Part shown: one piece after another, positions 10,671 through 21,794 of the stretch
Numbering within the stretch: position 1 is the stretch's first letter
Layout of the letters: every line of letters starts with the position of its first letter
Assembly: GCA_905178155.1 (NCBI GenBank)
Contig: CAJINV010000052.1
Span: forward strand, 1-25,327
Source of the DNA: Amoebophrya sp. A120
Taxonomy: Eukaryota; Protista; Dinoflagellata
Length of the DNA stretch: 25,327 bases
Direction: 5' to 3'
Position numbers and translations under genes: made by a program
The notes under the pieces: generated by a model
Told to the model about the DNA's origin: nothing
The model's input: only the letters and a program-made list of their open reading frames with translations
Database searches by the model: none

Positions 10671-11644
10671 TCATTTCCTTGGAAAGGTAGTAGTTATCCC
10701 TTGGTGCTGAAAAATATTCATCTTGATATCCTGTGACGAGCATGCACACGGCCAGGATGATGAGCTTCCACCACACGCACTGCATCCCTGTTGTCGATTT
10801 GCATTCCGTTGGAAATAAAAAGTGTGAATCTTTATCTGCAAGTCTAAAAAGTGGTAGGTGATGCACACTTCAACTTCATGCAGACACAGTTGAACAAGAA
10901 CACGGAGTGAATCTGAAAGAACTAGTAAAATCGAAGTACCCTCGTCCTGGTCTTGTGCCCCCGGCTCGTCCTTTTCCTGCAGCAGTTCCTGCTCCTCCAC
11001 CGGCGAAGCGGTGTCATCCTCAGTGGCAGTGGCGGAGGTACTCATCTTTTTCATCACCTGCGCTCCTTTCCCAGGGGTCTTCATGGCAGTACTGGCCGCT
11101 GCGGCGAGAGATTTACCCGCAGCTTTCATCGCTGTGGTAATCTGCGGTGCAGTATCAAGCGCAAACATGTCTTGGTCTGGAAAGTTGTGATGCATGTCGG
11201 CGAATAGTAAACACACTGCAACGCAGCGCCAAAGAACATGACAGATTACTTTTTTTGTGCTTTTCTCTCGCGTCATGTTGTCATCAATTGCGCATGAGAA
11301 TGAGATACAGTGTTTTAGGTTTTGCATGACCAACAAGTACAAGAGGAGGCGTTCGTGGTCGCGCAATACAAAGCTCAGTCTAATGCCAGACTAGCATGAC
11401 AAACCTCGCGTTCTTCCAGACCCCGGCATATTTGCAATGCATATGCAGACGAGCAGGTCGCGGAGATCATCATCTTCATGGGCGGTTTCTGGGTTGGCTT
11501 TGCACTTCCTGACCGCGTGGTGCCTTTGCCTTTCATACTCTTATTGTTTTTCCCTTTTTTATTCGATGCATTGCTCGCACTGCGCTGATTGCGCTTGTAC
11601 AGCGCTGCCTTGCTGACTCCTCCCACCATTTTCTTCCCCACCAT
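10671..11644 (-). CDS. Hypothetical protein with a Lys-rich basic N-terminus followed by an acidic stretch; 3' structure uncertain
   Basis: MVGKKMVGG...ATCSSA|PQITTAMKAAGK joins in frame after removal of 11153-11443 plus one DR. Confidence 0.6.
11153..11443. mobile_element. Family-A introner, 291 bp, DR TGCAG/TGCAG
   Basis: TIRs plus a perfect DR. Removal restores the frame. Confidence 0.92.
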
Positions 11645-12549
11645 GATGCTCAATGGACGAATTTTCCAAACTCCTAGGACTTTTGTCGGTGGCGCTCTTT
11701 TCGTGATTTTACAGACGCAAGCGCCGCTATTGTCGTAAAGATAGAGAGAAGCTGTCACTTCAAATTTCAAAAGGCAAACAAGGAAACTGAAATCGCAGTG
11801 TTCGTCGTGAGCAGAGACCTCAACCTCTCCTCGCTCGTCATTGCGCTCCAGGGATAGCAACCACCTTTCCGTGCTAGTACTTCTCCTGGTAACCGCTACA
11901 GGAGCTGTAAGCAGACAAAATAAGACACCAAGCTCACTGCTTACTCTCATCTACCTCGTTGCACTTGCAACTCAAGTAAAGAATTTTTTTCGTCATCGCT
12001 CGGCAAGAAAAAATTAGATAAACTTTTGCCGCCACTTAAAAGCAACAAATCTTGAAGTCGCACGAATCGTTGTATATCGTACGCTGTGGCTAAGTAGGAA
12101 CACACACACCCCTGTAAGTACCCCGCCGGAACTCCAGCGCCTCCCTTGTTTCTGCTTTCATCGCGCCGCCATTCCTAACATCAGTACATCTTCTAGAACG
12201 TCACTTTATTTAATTTGCGAGTGGGCTTTATTTCACATCTTTTCAGTTCGAAAAAGGTGAGCAGCAGTCGTGGGGACACATTTACTTTTTCCGTACGATG
12301 TAAAGTGAATATTTTTTACTGCTGGTTCAATGCACGCACGCACGGCTTCGTTTGATTATCGGATCCAAAATGGATAATATCCATTTTGCCAGCTCGACAA
12401 AGGTTTCACGTTCATCTCGTATTTTCAAATTACATCGCGTAAATCGAGTCCAAATCCTTGCGACACAGTATTCATTCGAATTTGCTTGGGCTTCTTTATT
12501 CCAATAGGACTAGGAAGTCAGTACATCTACTTTGTCGTCGACCGCTGGT

Positions 12550-13615
12550 TCACAAGTCCTCCTGCTGGGATTCTTGCTCGTCGTTCGATCTGCCCCGCAG
12601 ATCACCGTGGCCCTCCTCATCATGAGTGCCGTCGAAAGCCGATTTTTTAGGTCGTGCCTTCTTTGCATGGGTGTGGTTCGTCGCAGGCTGTGCTTCCGGC
12701 CACGACTGTTTGTCTGCGGCTGCGTCGTTGTCCGCATCCGCCTCATCGGAAAATTGCTTTTGGATGGCGAGGATTTCATATGGAAGGAAAAACATTGCAA
12801 TCCCCCTCCGCTACGTACTGTGCTTGTTCCGCGTGGAAATACAGACGTCAGCCTGGCAAGGAAATGTCTAAGTTTCTATCGACTCGTGTGACTGCTGGTC
12901 TGAAGACATGAGTACCAAGAGCACAACGGTTAGCCCAGTCCGGTGGACAAGAGTTCGCATAAAATACTCGACTGTGAGTGTAGTAAGACTTTATCTTTCT
13001 ACTATGCGAGAGCGAGGTGCGATAATCGGGAGGCCTTTGGATTCCAACACAATTTGATATCTTTTTTTGCAGCTCGATATCATCCCCTGCTATCGTGAAG
13101 CCAACGTTATAGACTTGCTTCGTAACCTCCGCGAGGCCCATGATCATCAGCCGCTCGAAATCCGACCCCTTCGTCGCCTTGTCCGGGACTGTCTTGCCAG
13201 ATCGCCTATACATTGCAAAAATATCTGGATCTTGAAGGATGCAAGGTTTGTCATGCCTGTCTGTAGCATGACTGCAGAGCTTGTGACGCGTGTTCAAGAT
13301 GAGATCCTTTTGCTTGTCATGCAAAAAGCGAAACGCAGACTGTCATGCGGGAAACGCAACACTTGGCCGCGCAAATATTTCTATCGCTACGCCACCCGCT
13401 GCAGTGCATTTCCAATTCACGGCCCAACATTACAAGTTTCCAGACCCAGACATAGATATTTGCAATGCATATCGCTTTTGGGATTTTTTCTTCTTACCCC
13501 TGGCTCTTTCCTTGGTTCGATTTTTCATTTTCCCTTCGGCAGTCGCGTTCGTGGGTACGGCCACCTCTTGTCCCGCGGTCGCTGGGTCCGTCGCGTATGA
13601 CGGCAAAACGAGCAA
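12550..13615 (-). CDS. Hypothetical protein (partial model; start and last exon uncertain)
   Basis: GKKKKSQKR|SGKTVPDKATK joins in frame across 13207-13471. The acidic ORF 12550..12795 is a plausible last exon. Confidence 0.5.
13207..13471. mobile_element. Family-A introner, 265 bp, DR TCGCC/TCGCT
   Basis: Ends are TATACATTGCAAAAATATCTGG and CCAGACCCAGACATAGATATTTGCAATGCATA. Removal restores the frame. Confidence 0.9.
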
Positions 13616-14183
13616 AAGTCAAGCCCGGGTTCAGTTGCACTTTTCAAAATTTCAATTTTGGCACCATGAGCAGAATCCACCAGGAATCGATTTGTCATCG
13701 GTATCTTTCTAATCAATCTGCACGACTGCTGTAGATTGACTACAGTTGTTGTTCTTGTTGAGTATGCGTAAACTTTTGAGTGAAGAAGTGCCTGTATGCA
13801 AGAAACTTCGCTTGACGCACAATTTTTGTAGGATAGGGTGGCCGTCAGATGGTCCGAAGGAGAGTTGGCTCGTGCCTTGTCCACGCCAGGAAGGGTGGTT
13901 GCAATACCTTGGTCATTGTTTGGAAAACTCCGAGACTTTGGAGGCGGCAGAAGTTTTTTTTCATTTCTACTTCCTCACACAGACTTTACCGACCACCGCA
14001 GAGTTTGAATCTTTTTGCGGTCGTGCCCAAAAATCATGACACTGTCAAAAAACAGTTTGCGTCGAAATGTCAAAACACGAGAGTGATGAAATCCTGAGCA
14101 GTACGTCGTATATACATACTGTCGGTTTTTTCGGACGCGTGGATCTATTTTTCGAATGGACAGAAGTACTGTGCTCTCGTTTG

Positions 14184-15116
14184 CTACTTTGAAGTTGTAG
14201 TAATTGTACCGTTCCATCCATTCCCGCTAACAGTGACGCTCTTGTCGACGGAGCGGTGGAGGAGCAGGGAAGAAAGCGCGACGCCTAACAAGCCACCACA
14301 GACGACGAGCACGACGTCTTTCAGGGTTACCACACGTCGGACCTCCGCTAGTGCAGCCCGCGCATTCTGCCACGGGCTTCGGCCAGGCGCCGAAGTCGGC
14401 CCCGCGGGCGTCGATTTATTCGACCCGGTTGTTGCAGCGGCACCTGCTACGCTTGACCCGCGATCGCCGCTGTCTTTTCTCTCGAGGAGTTGTTCGCTGT
14501 TTCTGCGTCGCGCTGCCCGCAGTCCCTTTTCCCGCCCTTGCGTGCCGCTTGGCTCCAGTTGCTTGACGCGCCCCTCGAGGCGCTGGAATGCTTCGAACTC
14601 GCCGCGCTCGACTCGCTTGATTTCGGTGTCCGTGTGGTCTTTGCATTCGGTTCGCAAGTTTTCCAGGTCTGTGCGGAACTTCGTGTTATCGGTTTCCAAT
14701 TCGGTTCGCCGCAACGTGTGACTTTGCAGTGTCTCCTGTACCCCGGACAGCCGAACTTCCTGTCGTCTAAGCGTCTCTTCGAAGCCCCGAAGTTTTTCTT
14801 TGCAGTATGCCTGAATCGTCTGTGGCTGCGACGAAGATCCGGAACCACGCGTACGTCCAGCAACGTTTGTTCCACGATCAGTAGGCGCTTCTCCGGCCGC
14901 AGGTGTTGCAGGACTACCGTTCTCGTGATGCTCGGTCGTCGTTGTAACAGCTCCCGGATTTGTTGTTCCCGTAGCGCTGCCGTCTGCTCCTGCTGTCGGA
15001 GCGGGCGTGGCTGCGGTCCTCTCGTCCCGCGATTGTGTTGCAACCCAATCTTCACGGGCAACCGACGCTGTCGTGGCCGGGGGCGGCGCCGGGGGTAGTG
15101 CTTGCTGAGTCGACAT
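14184..15116 (-). CDS. Intronless hypothetical protein (about 310 aa) with a low-complexity N-terminus, a coiled coil and a C-terminal transmembrane helix (tail-anchored-like)
   Basis: Open frame from MSTQQALPP. It has a heptad-like region (KLRGFEETLRRQEVRL...LEGRVKQLE) and a hydrophobic segment VVLVVCGGLLGVALSSLLL near the C-terminus. Confidence 0.7.
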   Translation of the reverse strand: MSTQQALPPAPPPATTASVAREDWVATQSRDERTAATPAPTAGADGSATGTTNPGAVTTTTEHHENGSPATPAAGEAPTDRGTNVAGRTRGSGSSSQPQTIQAYCKEKLRGFEETLRRQEVRLSGVQETLQSHTLRRTELETDNTKFRTDLENLRTECKDHTDTEIKRVERGEFEAFQRLEGRVKQLEPSGTQGREKGLRAARRRNSEQLLERKDSGDRGSSVAGAAATTGSNKSTPAGPTSAPGRSPWQNARAALAEVRRVVTLKDVVLVVCGGLLGVALSSLLLHRSVDKSVTVSGNGWNGTITTTSK

Positions 15117-16120
15117 GAGATAATATCCTTTCCCGAACCAATTTTCTTTTTTACCTTTGAAGTGGAGACGAAAAAAACAGTTGGGGATCTGTAGTTGTGC
15201 AACTTCATAGTAGCAGTTCCCACGGCGTCCAAGAAATTTCATACGAGAGTAGACCAACACGACCAGAAAGGACATTCCATGAGCAAAGCTCGGCCTTGTT
15301 GCAAGAGTGCAGATGTGAAGAGACGACGACGACGTGACGTTACTCCACGTGCACAAACGATACATCTAGATCAGGCCACTTTTCGATCGATTTGATTTAT
15401 TGCCATGTATATCTATAAACGTCGCACTGGATGTTTTTACCCTGGTCTCCTCTTTATTCATTGTTTACATCTCGCTCACGAGCTGCTTACGAGCTGCCGG
15501 CGGAAAGCTTCGAATCCAGTATACGAAAATTCGGATCGAAATTGGACCTGCCTCACGAACGAGTTTGAGGAAGACGAGTAAGTGTCTAGGCTAGACAGGA
15601 AGTACTGCTATTCGCTAGACTAGCGAATACTAGAAACTGGCGCGAGTAGAAATTGCGAATTGTGAAGTTTCATTTGCACGCCCGTCGCACGTTTTTCACA
15701 ATACAGAGGGTATCATTCTTATCATCGTCATCATCTTGCTACTTAGCACAGGGGGGGGACTGCTAGGGGTGGTATTCTCCTATTTGCTGGGAAAGTTCTC
15801 ATAATTTCATGTCGAGTTTTACAAGGAGCTCCGGCATCGTGGAAGTTCGTTCAAATTGTACTTCGTCATTTAACGGCTCGATAGGTGGAGAAGCTGTAAA
15901 CATTGGTGTGGTTGTAGCTGTACTAAACATTGTTCCGTGCTGACCGGGGCGGTAAGAGCAGCTTCTTGTGCAGGAGTCACGGGTAGAGGAAGTAGATGAA
16001 GGAGTCAGAAGGAGAAGGAAGTGGGTTTAGTTTCGATTCCTCGAGAAAAATATTTGTTCTACATCTGGGGTTGCAGCTTCGCCTCGTCCAGGTTCAGTGT
16101 GATACAGCCTCGTGCTGCTC

Positions 16121-18756
16121 TTACACAGAATTCGACTGGTTTTCGTCTCCGTCGTCCGAGGGTGTGATTGTAGTCTGCTTGCTCAGGTGTTCCCTCGCTT
16201 GCTTCTCTGCTTCCTCTTGTGCCGTCAGCAGAATTTGATATTCACCGCGGAGGGAGAGCAGGTCCGCCAAAATATCGACGACATTCTGATGAGTGTTTTT
16301 TTTGGCGATGAAGCTTCGCGCCCGCTCCAACACCAGGCGGACTTTCACGACGTCGTGATGTGAGTCCTGTTGTATGTTTTTTATTTCGGTTTTTTCTTTT
16401 CGGAATCTGTATCTGACTTCTATACATAGAACCGAGTTTTTGTCAAATTTAGGGCTGAAGACACGATAAGGGCTTTCCTCAATCATTCCACCCCACAGGC
16501 AAAAGCTTTCGAAAATGTACGCTGTTCTCCTCGAGAAAATTGAAAATCTGGGTCGGCGTCGGCAGGTGTTCTGAAGAAAACCAGCTACACAGAAGTCTTC
16601 GCGACTCGCCAGCCCGCCTCATAATCTCGGACCGCTTACCTTGCCGCAATGCCTCTCGAAAATCGTTGTTGAGCTGGTTGCGCTGCTGGATAGTGTCCTG
16701 TCATGAGATTTGGAAGTTTCGTATTGTGTATGCAGATTGTAGAGCAACCAGTCATCTACTTGTGGAGATCGTCTTTACATTTCATTTGCATAAAAACATA
16801 TCCTTACCTGTGTAATTTTCTGCGCCTCTGCCTTTTGTCGTTCACCCATGTTGTCCAAATCCTCCCGCAATGCCGTCCCAATCTCGTCGACGTACAGGTA
16901 CAAGTGTTTGATTGCGTCGCTATTCTCCTGCGCGACTTGCTTACAACTGGTGTTTGTTTCCTGCAGGGCCCTCTGTAGCTGCTGGCAGGCCTGGGCGAAC
17001 TGCTGTTCCAGGGCACTGCGGTCCGCGATTTGCCTGTCTCCGACCTTCCCGACTTCACCCTTCAGCGCGGTGACGTTGTCGCGAAGCGACGACGTAGCGT
17101 TGAAGATTTTGTCCTCTATTTCTTCCCACACGCGTGCCGCCTCCCCGCGGAAACTCTGCTCGAGCTTGCGCATGTCGTTCCCGCACCGGGTGTATCGAAC
17201 GGTGCAAATCTGGTGTCTGGGTCTGGAAAGAAAAACTTGTCATGCTGGGTGGAGCATCACAATTGACGGACAAGCATGACAAGTTTTCGAGTTTCTGCAG
17301 CGTCACTGCCCATTCTGCGTGAAAGTGCAGTAAATTTAAATTATTCCTTTTGGTAAAACGCGCATGACAAACTTGTGAGGACTGACATTCTTTGCCGACG
17401 ACGAGGGTGGCAAACCTTGCATTTGTCTTCCAGAGAGCCCAGACACATCTACGATGTTGCATAGGGTCAAGCAATCCAAAAAATCATCCGTTTTTACTTT
17501 CAGTTGCTGCTTCAGTGCCGATTGCTCTTTCTCCACTGCGTCAGTGCGCTCGTTCACGGTTTTCAACTCCTTCATCGTCTTCTGCTCGAAGGCCTGGTGG
17601 CGCGCGTTTACACCGCTGAAACCGTCCCTGGTCTCCTGCTCGAAGCCGTCCTGGCGGGAGGCCACACTGCTGAAACCATCCCTGGTCTCCTGCTCGAACC
17701 CGTCCTGGCGGGCGTTCACGTCCGCGACGGCGGCTGTGGTTTTCTCCTGAAGCCCAAGCAGGTCCGCTTCGATCCGCAGAGCCCGTTCATTCGCAGCCCC
17801 GCTGTGCAGTTCCGCTGTCCCCACACGCCCCACCAACTTCACGTGCTCACCTTCGAGATCTGACTGCTTCTCGAGCATGTTGCGCCGAGCACGTCTCTCT
17901 TCCTGTCGGATCAGCGCATCCACCTTGTGCAGCTCATCTTCTTCCCTTTGTTGCAGTTGTTGGCGCTGCTCCTTGAAGTGCTGAGTGATTGCGTCCCTGC
18001 GCTTGTAAAGCTCCGTCAGTGGCGACGCCTGTGCGACTGGTGGTCTGGGCGCTTTTCCCGCGGGTCCGGTCGTGAGCAAAGACGCAGCATATGCGCCGCA
18101 AATATGTCTGGATCTTCATCTGGAAGGGTGTATAGTAACTTGTCATGCGAAGTCTCGACCACACAAAGTTCATCCAGGTTCGTTGTCTATACCCCATCAA
18201 CAGCTGCCCCCTTCTTCCTAAGAAAAAGGCGCATTGCTTATGCGGAATTGACATCGCAAAATCTGTAATGCTTCTGCATGCACTCCAGTGGTCCGCGAGA
18301 TGCATGACACATCTTGCACACTTCTTCTAGACCCAGACATGTTATTGCAGTGGATACTGCCAGGAAAGAACGTTTTACCGACTCTGGGGTAGGCACCGCA
18401 GAGGACTTATTATCTTCTTCACCCCCGGCCCCGCCAGGGGAGGGCCACACGACGGCTCCGACGGCTCCATCTTCGGCTGTACCGGGGATCACGTCTGTGG
18501 AGAGGAGTGGCAGCACACGGGAGCTTCGGTACTGCTGTGGCTGCCCAGGTGAAGGCGTGAATGTGAGGGAGGCAACCTCATCTGATGTTGACAACACGCC
18601 GTCTTCTTCCTGTTGACTCGGGCCCTCTTCACCTGGACCGCTTTGTGAGGGAGAGCTTTGGATGGCCGCCGACGCGAAAGGCTGCGTGATATTACCGTCG
18701 TCGTCTTCGGGCGAACTGAGGATAACTTCGTTTGCTTTATTCCCTGCTGACTTCAT
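16121..18756 (-). CDS. Coiled-coil hypothetical protein (about 592 aa) with 2 introner introns and 3 canonical GT-AG introns
   Basis: Exons 18756-18357, 18084-17464, 17187-16808, 16697-16640, 16570-16497 and 16366-16121 sum to 1779 nt in one frame. Donors are CAG|GTAAGG and AAG|GTAAGC; the last donor is uncertain. It contains an internal 18-aa repeat (RQDGFEQETRDGFS). Confidence 0.75.
17193..17463. mobile_element. Diverged family-A introner, 271 bp, DR GGGTG/GGGTC
   Basis: TAT...ATA ends with GTCTGGGTCTGGAA and TTCCAGAGAGCCCAGAC. The join DCLT|RCGNDMRK is in frame. Confidence 0.88.
18090..18356. mobile_element. Diverged family-A introner, 267 bp, DR CAGCA/CTGCC
   Basis: Degenerate TIRs. The join RSFLA|ASLLTTG is in frame. 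Confidence 0.85.
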
Positions 18757-19214
18757 CTTGAAAGGTCAACTATGATCGTGTAGTATCACCACTAGTCAAC
18801 TTTTCCCCCCAACGAGAAAAAACACAAAACAATTGGTCTATTTTTGTAGACAGCATCGAGGTTGTATTTTTCTCGATTTTCGAAACGAAGGAAGTCGCGT
18901 TTCCCACTTTCGGTCGAACGGACCTACCTACCACGTCGATAAATGCTGTACGGATCTAGAACTGGATCAAAAAAGAAGTGCTTACACAGTACTCGTGTGG
19001 CCATTGCTTTAGTTGATCATGATGTTCATCAGGCCTGTGTTTTTCACGAGACTTCCACTAGCGAGGATCTTCTATGTACGATCGAGATAAAGACAAAAAC
19101 CAAGCGAGCGAGTAGTTTCATGGTCTAACGTCGAAACTCCTCCACGTTTAACAAGCTCCGTTCGATCACGATCGCAAAATGAGTCTATATCTACTTTGAC
19201 CAAAAAATAAACGG

Positions 19215-19857
19215 AAGACAACCACGCCGGCACGATGGATTTTCCCTTCCATCCCCCTTCCAACTCCCTTCCATGGATCTTTTGCTTGGTCAGCAAAAAT
19301 GTCTGCATTTGGAAGCCCTAAGCGGGACCTAAGCGGGAGCTACACTAAGACAACCACGCCGGCACGATGGATTTTCCCTTCCGTCCCCCTTCCAACTCCC
19401 TTCCATGGATCTTTTGCTTGGTCAGCAAAAATGTCTGCATTTGGAAGACCTAAGCGGGACCTAAGCGGGAGCTACACTAAGACAACCACGGCGGCACGAT
19501 GGATTTTCCCTTCCATCCCCCTTCCAACTCCCTTCCATGGATCTTTTGCTTGGTCAGCAAAAATGTCTGCATTTGGAAGACCTGAGCGGGACCTAAGCGG
19601 GAGCTACACTAAGACAACCACGACGGCATGATGGATTTTCCCTTCCATCCCCCTTCCAACTCCCTTCCATGGATCTTGTGCTTGGTCATCAAAAATGTCT
19701 GCATTTGGAAGACCTGAGCGGGACCTAGGCGGGAGCTACACTAAGACAACCACGACGGCACGATGGATTTTCCCTTCCATCCCCCTTCCAACTCCCTTCC
19801 ATGGATCTTGTGCTTGGTCAGCAAAAATGTCTGCATTTGGAAGACCTAAGCGGGACC
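19215..19857. repeat. Tandem array of a 132-bp unit, about 4.9 copies
   Basis: AAGACAACCACG...GAGCTACACT recurs at 19215, 19347, 19479, 19611 and 19743. A diverged partial copy lies at about 20925-20995. Confidence 0.97.
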
Positions 19858-20920
19858 GTCACTACGACAAGCGATAGAATTATTCTGAAATTGAAAATGA
19901 CCATTTTTCGCGAAAGCGAAAAGCGGCAGTGGTCTTTCTCTTTTCAGTTTGTGCAAGGCAAGGGCAAAAAATAGGGAAGCAAAAGCACGCGCGGCCTTTC
20001 TCCCGGAGCGGTTTCTAATCAGTGCAGGCACTACCCCTAGATCAAAAAGTCTGCGCATGTGGGTTCCCTAGATTGCCTAGATTTCCAAAATGCCCTCCCT
20101 AGATTTTCCCTAGACTTTCCCTAGATCATCACGAAGCCGTCGTGATAGAATTATTCTGAAATTGAAAATGACCATCTTTCGCGAAAGCGAAAAGAGGCAG
20201 TGGGCTTTTCAATTTGTGCAAGACAAAAGCAAAAAATACGGAAGCAAAAGCACGCGCGGCCTTTTCCCAGGGGCGGTTTCTATTGAGTGCAGGCACTACT
20301 CCTAGATCAAAAAGTCTGCGCATGTGGGTTCCCTAGATTCCCTAGATTTCCAAAATGCCCTCCCTAGATTTTCCCTAGATTTTCCCTAGATCATCACGAA
20401 CCCGTCGTGATAGAATTATTCTGAAATTGAAAATGACCATTTTTCGCGAAAGCGAAAAGAGGCACTGGGCTTTTCAATTTGTGCAAGACAAGAGCAAAAA
20501 ATAGGGAAGCAAAAGCACGCGCGGTCTTTTCCCAGGGGCGGTTTCTATTGAGTGCAGGCACTACCCCTAGACGAAAAAGTCTTCGCATGTGGGTTCCCTA
20601 GATTCCCTAGATTTCCAAAATGCCCTCCCTAGATTTTCCCTAGATTTTCCCTAGATCATCACGAACCCGTCGTGATAAAATTATTCTGAAATTGAAAATG
20701 ACCACTTTTCGCGAAAGCGAAAAGAGGCAGTGGTCTTTTCAATGTGTGCAAGACAAGAGCAAAAAATAGGGAGGCAAAAGCACGCGCGGGCTTTCTCCAG
20801 GAGCGGTTTCTATTGAGTGAAGGCACTACCCCTAGATCAAAAAGCCTGCGCATGTGGGTTCCGTAGATTTCCAAAATGCCGTCCCTAGATTTTCCCTAGA
20901 TCATTTCCAAAATGCCCTCT
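19858..20920. repeat. Tandem array of a 265-bp unit, about 4 copies, with internal CCCTAGAT subrepeats
   Basis: Repeated ORFs at 20129, 20394 and 20659 give the period. Each unit has clustered CCCTAGAT motifs and an ATCACGA-N5-TCGTGAT hairpin. Confidence 0.97.
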
Positions 20921-21099
20921 CATCTCCCTTCCATGGATCTCTTGCCTGGCCAGCCAAAATGTTTGCGCTTGGGAGACCCAAACGGGACCGTCATTGAGCC
21001 AAACACGGCCGTTTTGATGGATTTTCCGTGGCCCCCCACAGCTGACAAAATTTTTGCAATACCCTTCGCGCATAGTATCTGTCTCTCGCGGTAAACAAT

Positions 21100-21168
21100 C
21101 ACAACCCATTCGTGTAGCATTACAAACTCAAACTTTTCCAGACCCACCAGGGATCTTTGCAATACGCA
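21100..21168. mobile_element. Orphan, degenerate family-A right end
   Basis: GCATTACAA...TTCCAGACCCACCAGGGATCTTTGCAATACGCA. No clear left TIR was found. Confidence 0.55.
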
Positions 21169-21794
21169 GTGGCTTGATTTGGTCACTCAGCCTGCCTCAG
21201 ATCTAAGCATCTATAAATGCATGAACAGCTTCGCTCGACAGAGCCATGAGAGCGCTACTGCCGAAAAGCTCCTGAGAATGAAGAACAGAGACGCTCGCGG
21301 CTCTTTTGATACTTGTTCCAGGACGTCGAGCACGTCAGTGCCAATACGTCCTGCTTCCAGGCGTCGGCAGAGTTTTTTTTTTCGTTTTTCTTTTTTCTTT
21401 TTGTGTGAGAAAAAAAATTCCAGTCGTGTCTCAAGGAACTACTTGATATATAATCCGGAGGTGTCGCATGCTTCAGTCGTCTGTGCAACGTATTTACAGC
21501 ACCAAGAAGCAAAAGCACGAACAAGTAGCAGCGGTATACTTATATCATTTTCCTCGTACAACGGGAGAGGCAAAGTGAAAATAAAGGCACATGGCATCAA
21601 ACGTCGTAAGGGTCGTGAGGAAGCTAAAAATGCGATTATAAGAACCGTTCCACTATCGGTTTCGCTACGGTTTGTTTGTGTCGCTTTGTGTCGCCGCGGC
21701 TATCCAAGTTTAGGATTAGGTCTACTAGTGTACCACGAGAAATAAAGCTTGAATACCCGCATGGTTCGTACTTTCACCCCGCGAACTATTTTTC

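Noticed and set aside
12366-12388. Palindrome CAAAATGGATA-A-TATCCATTTTG resembling a partial SL
   Set aside because: It shares only 8 nt (CCATTTTG) with DinoSL and is an isolated AT-rich palindrome with no other support.
18997-21173. One giant introner enclosing the composite satellite (GTGGC on both sides)
   Set aside because: No convincing left TIR follows the left GTGGC, and a 5-mer match is expected by chance.
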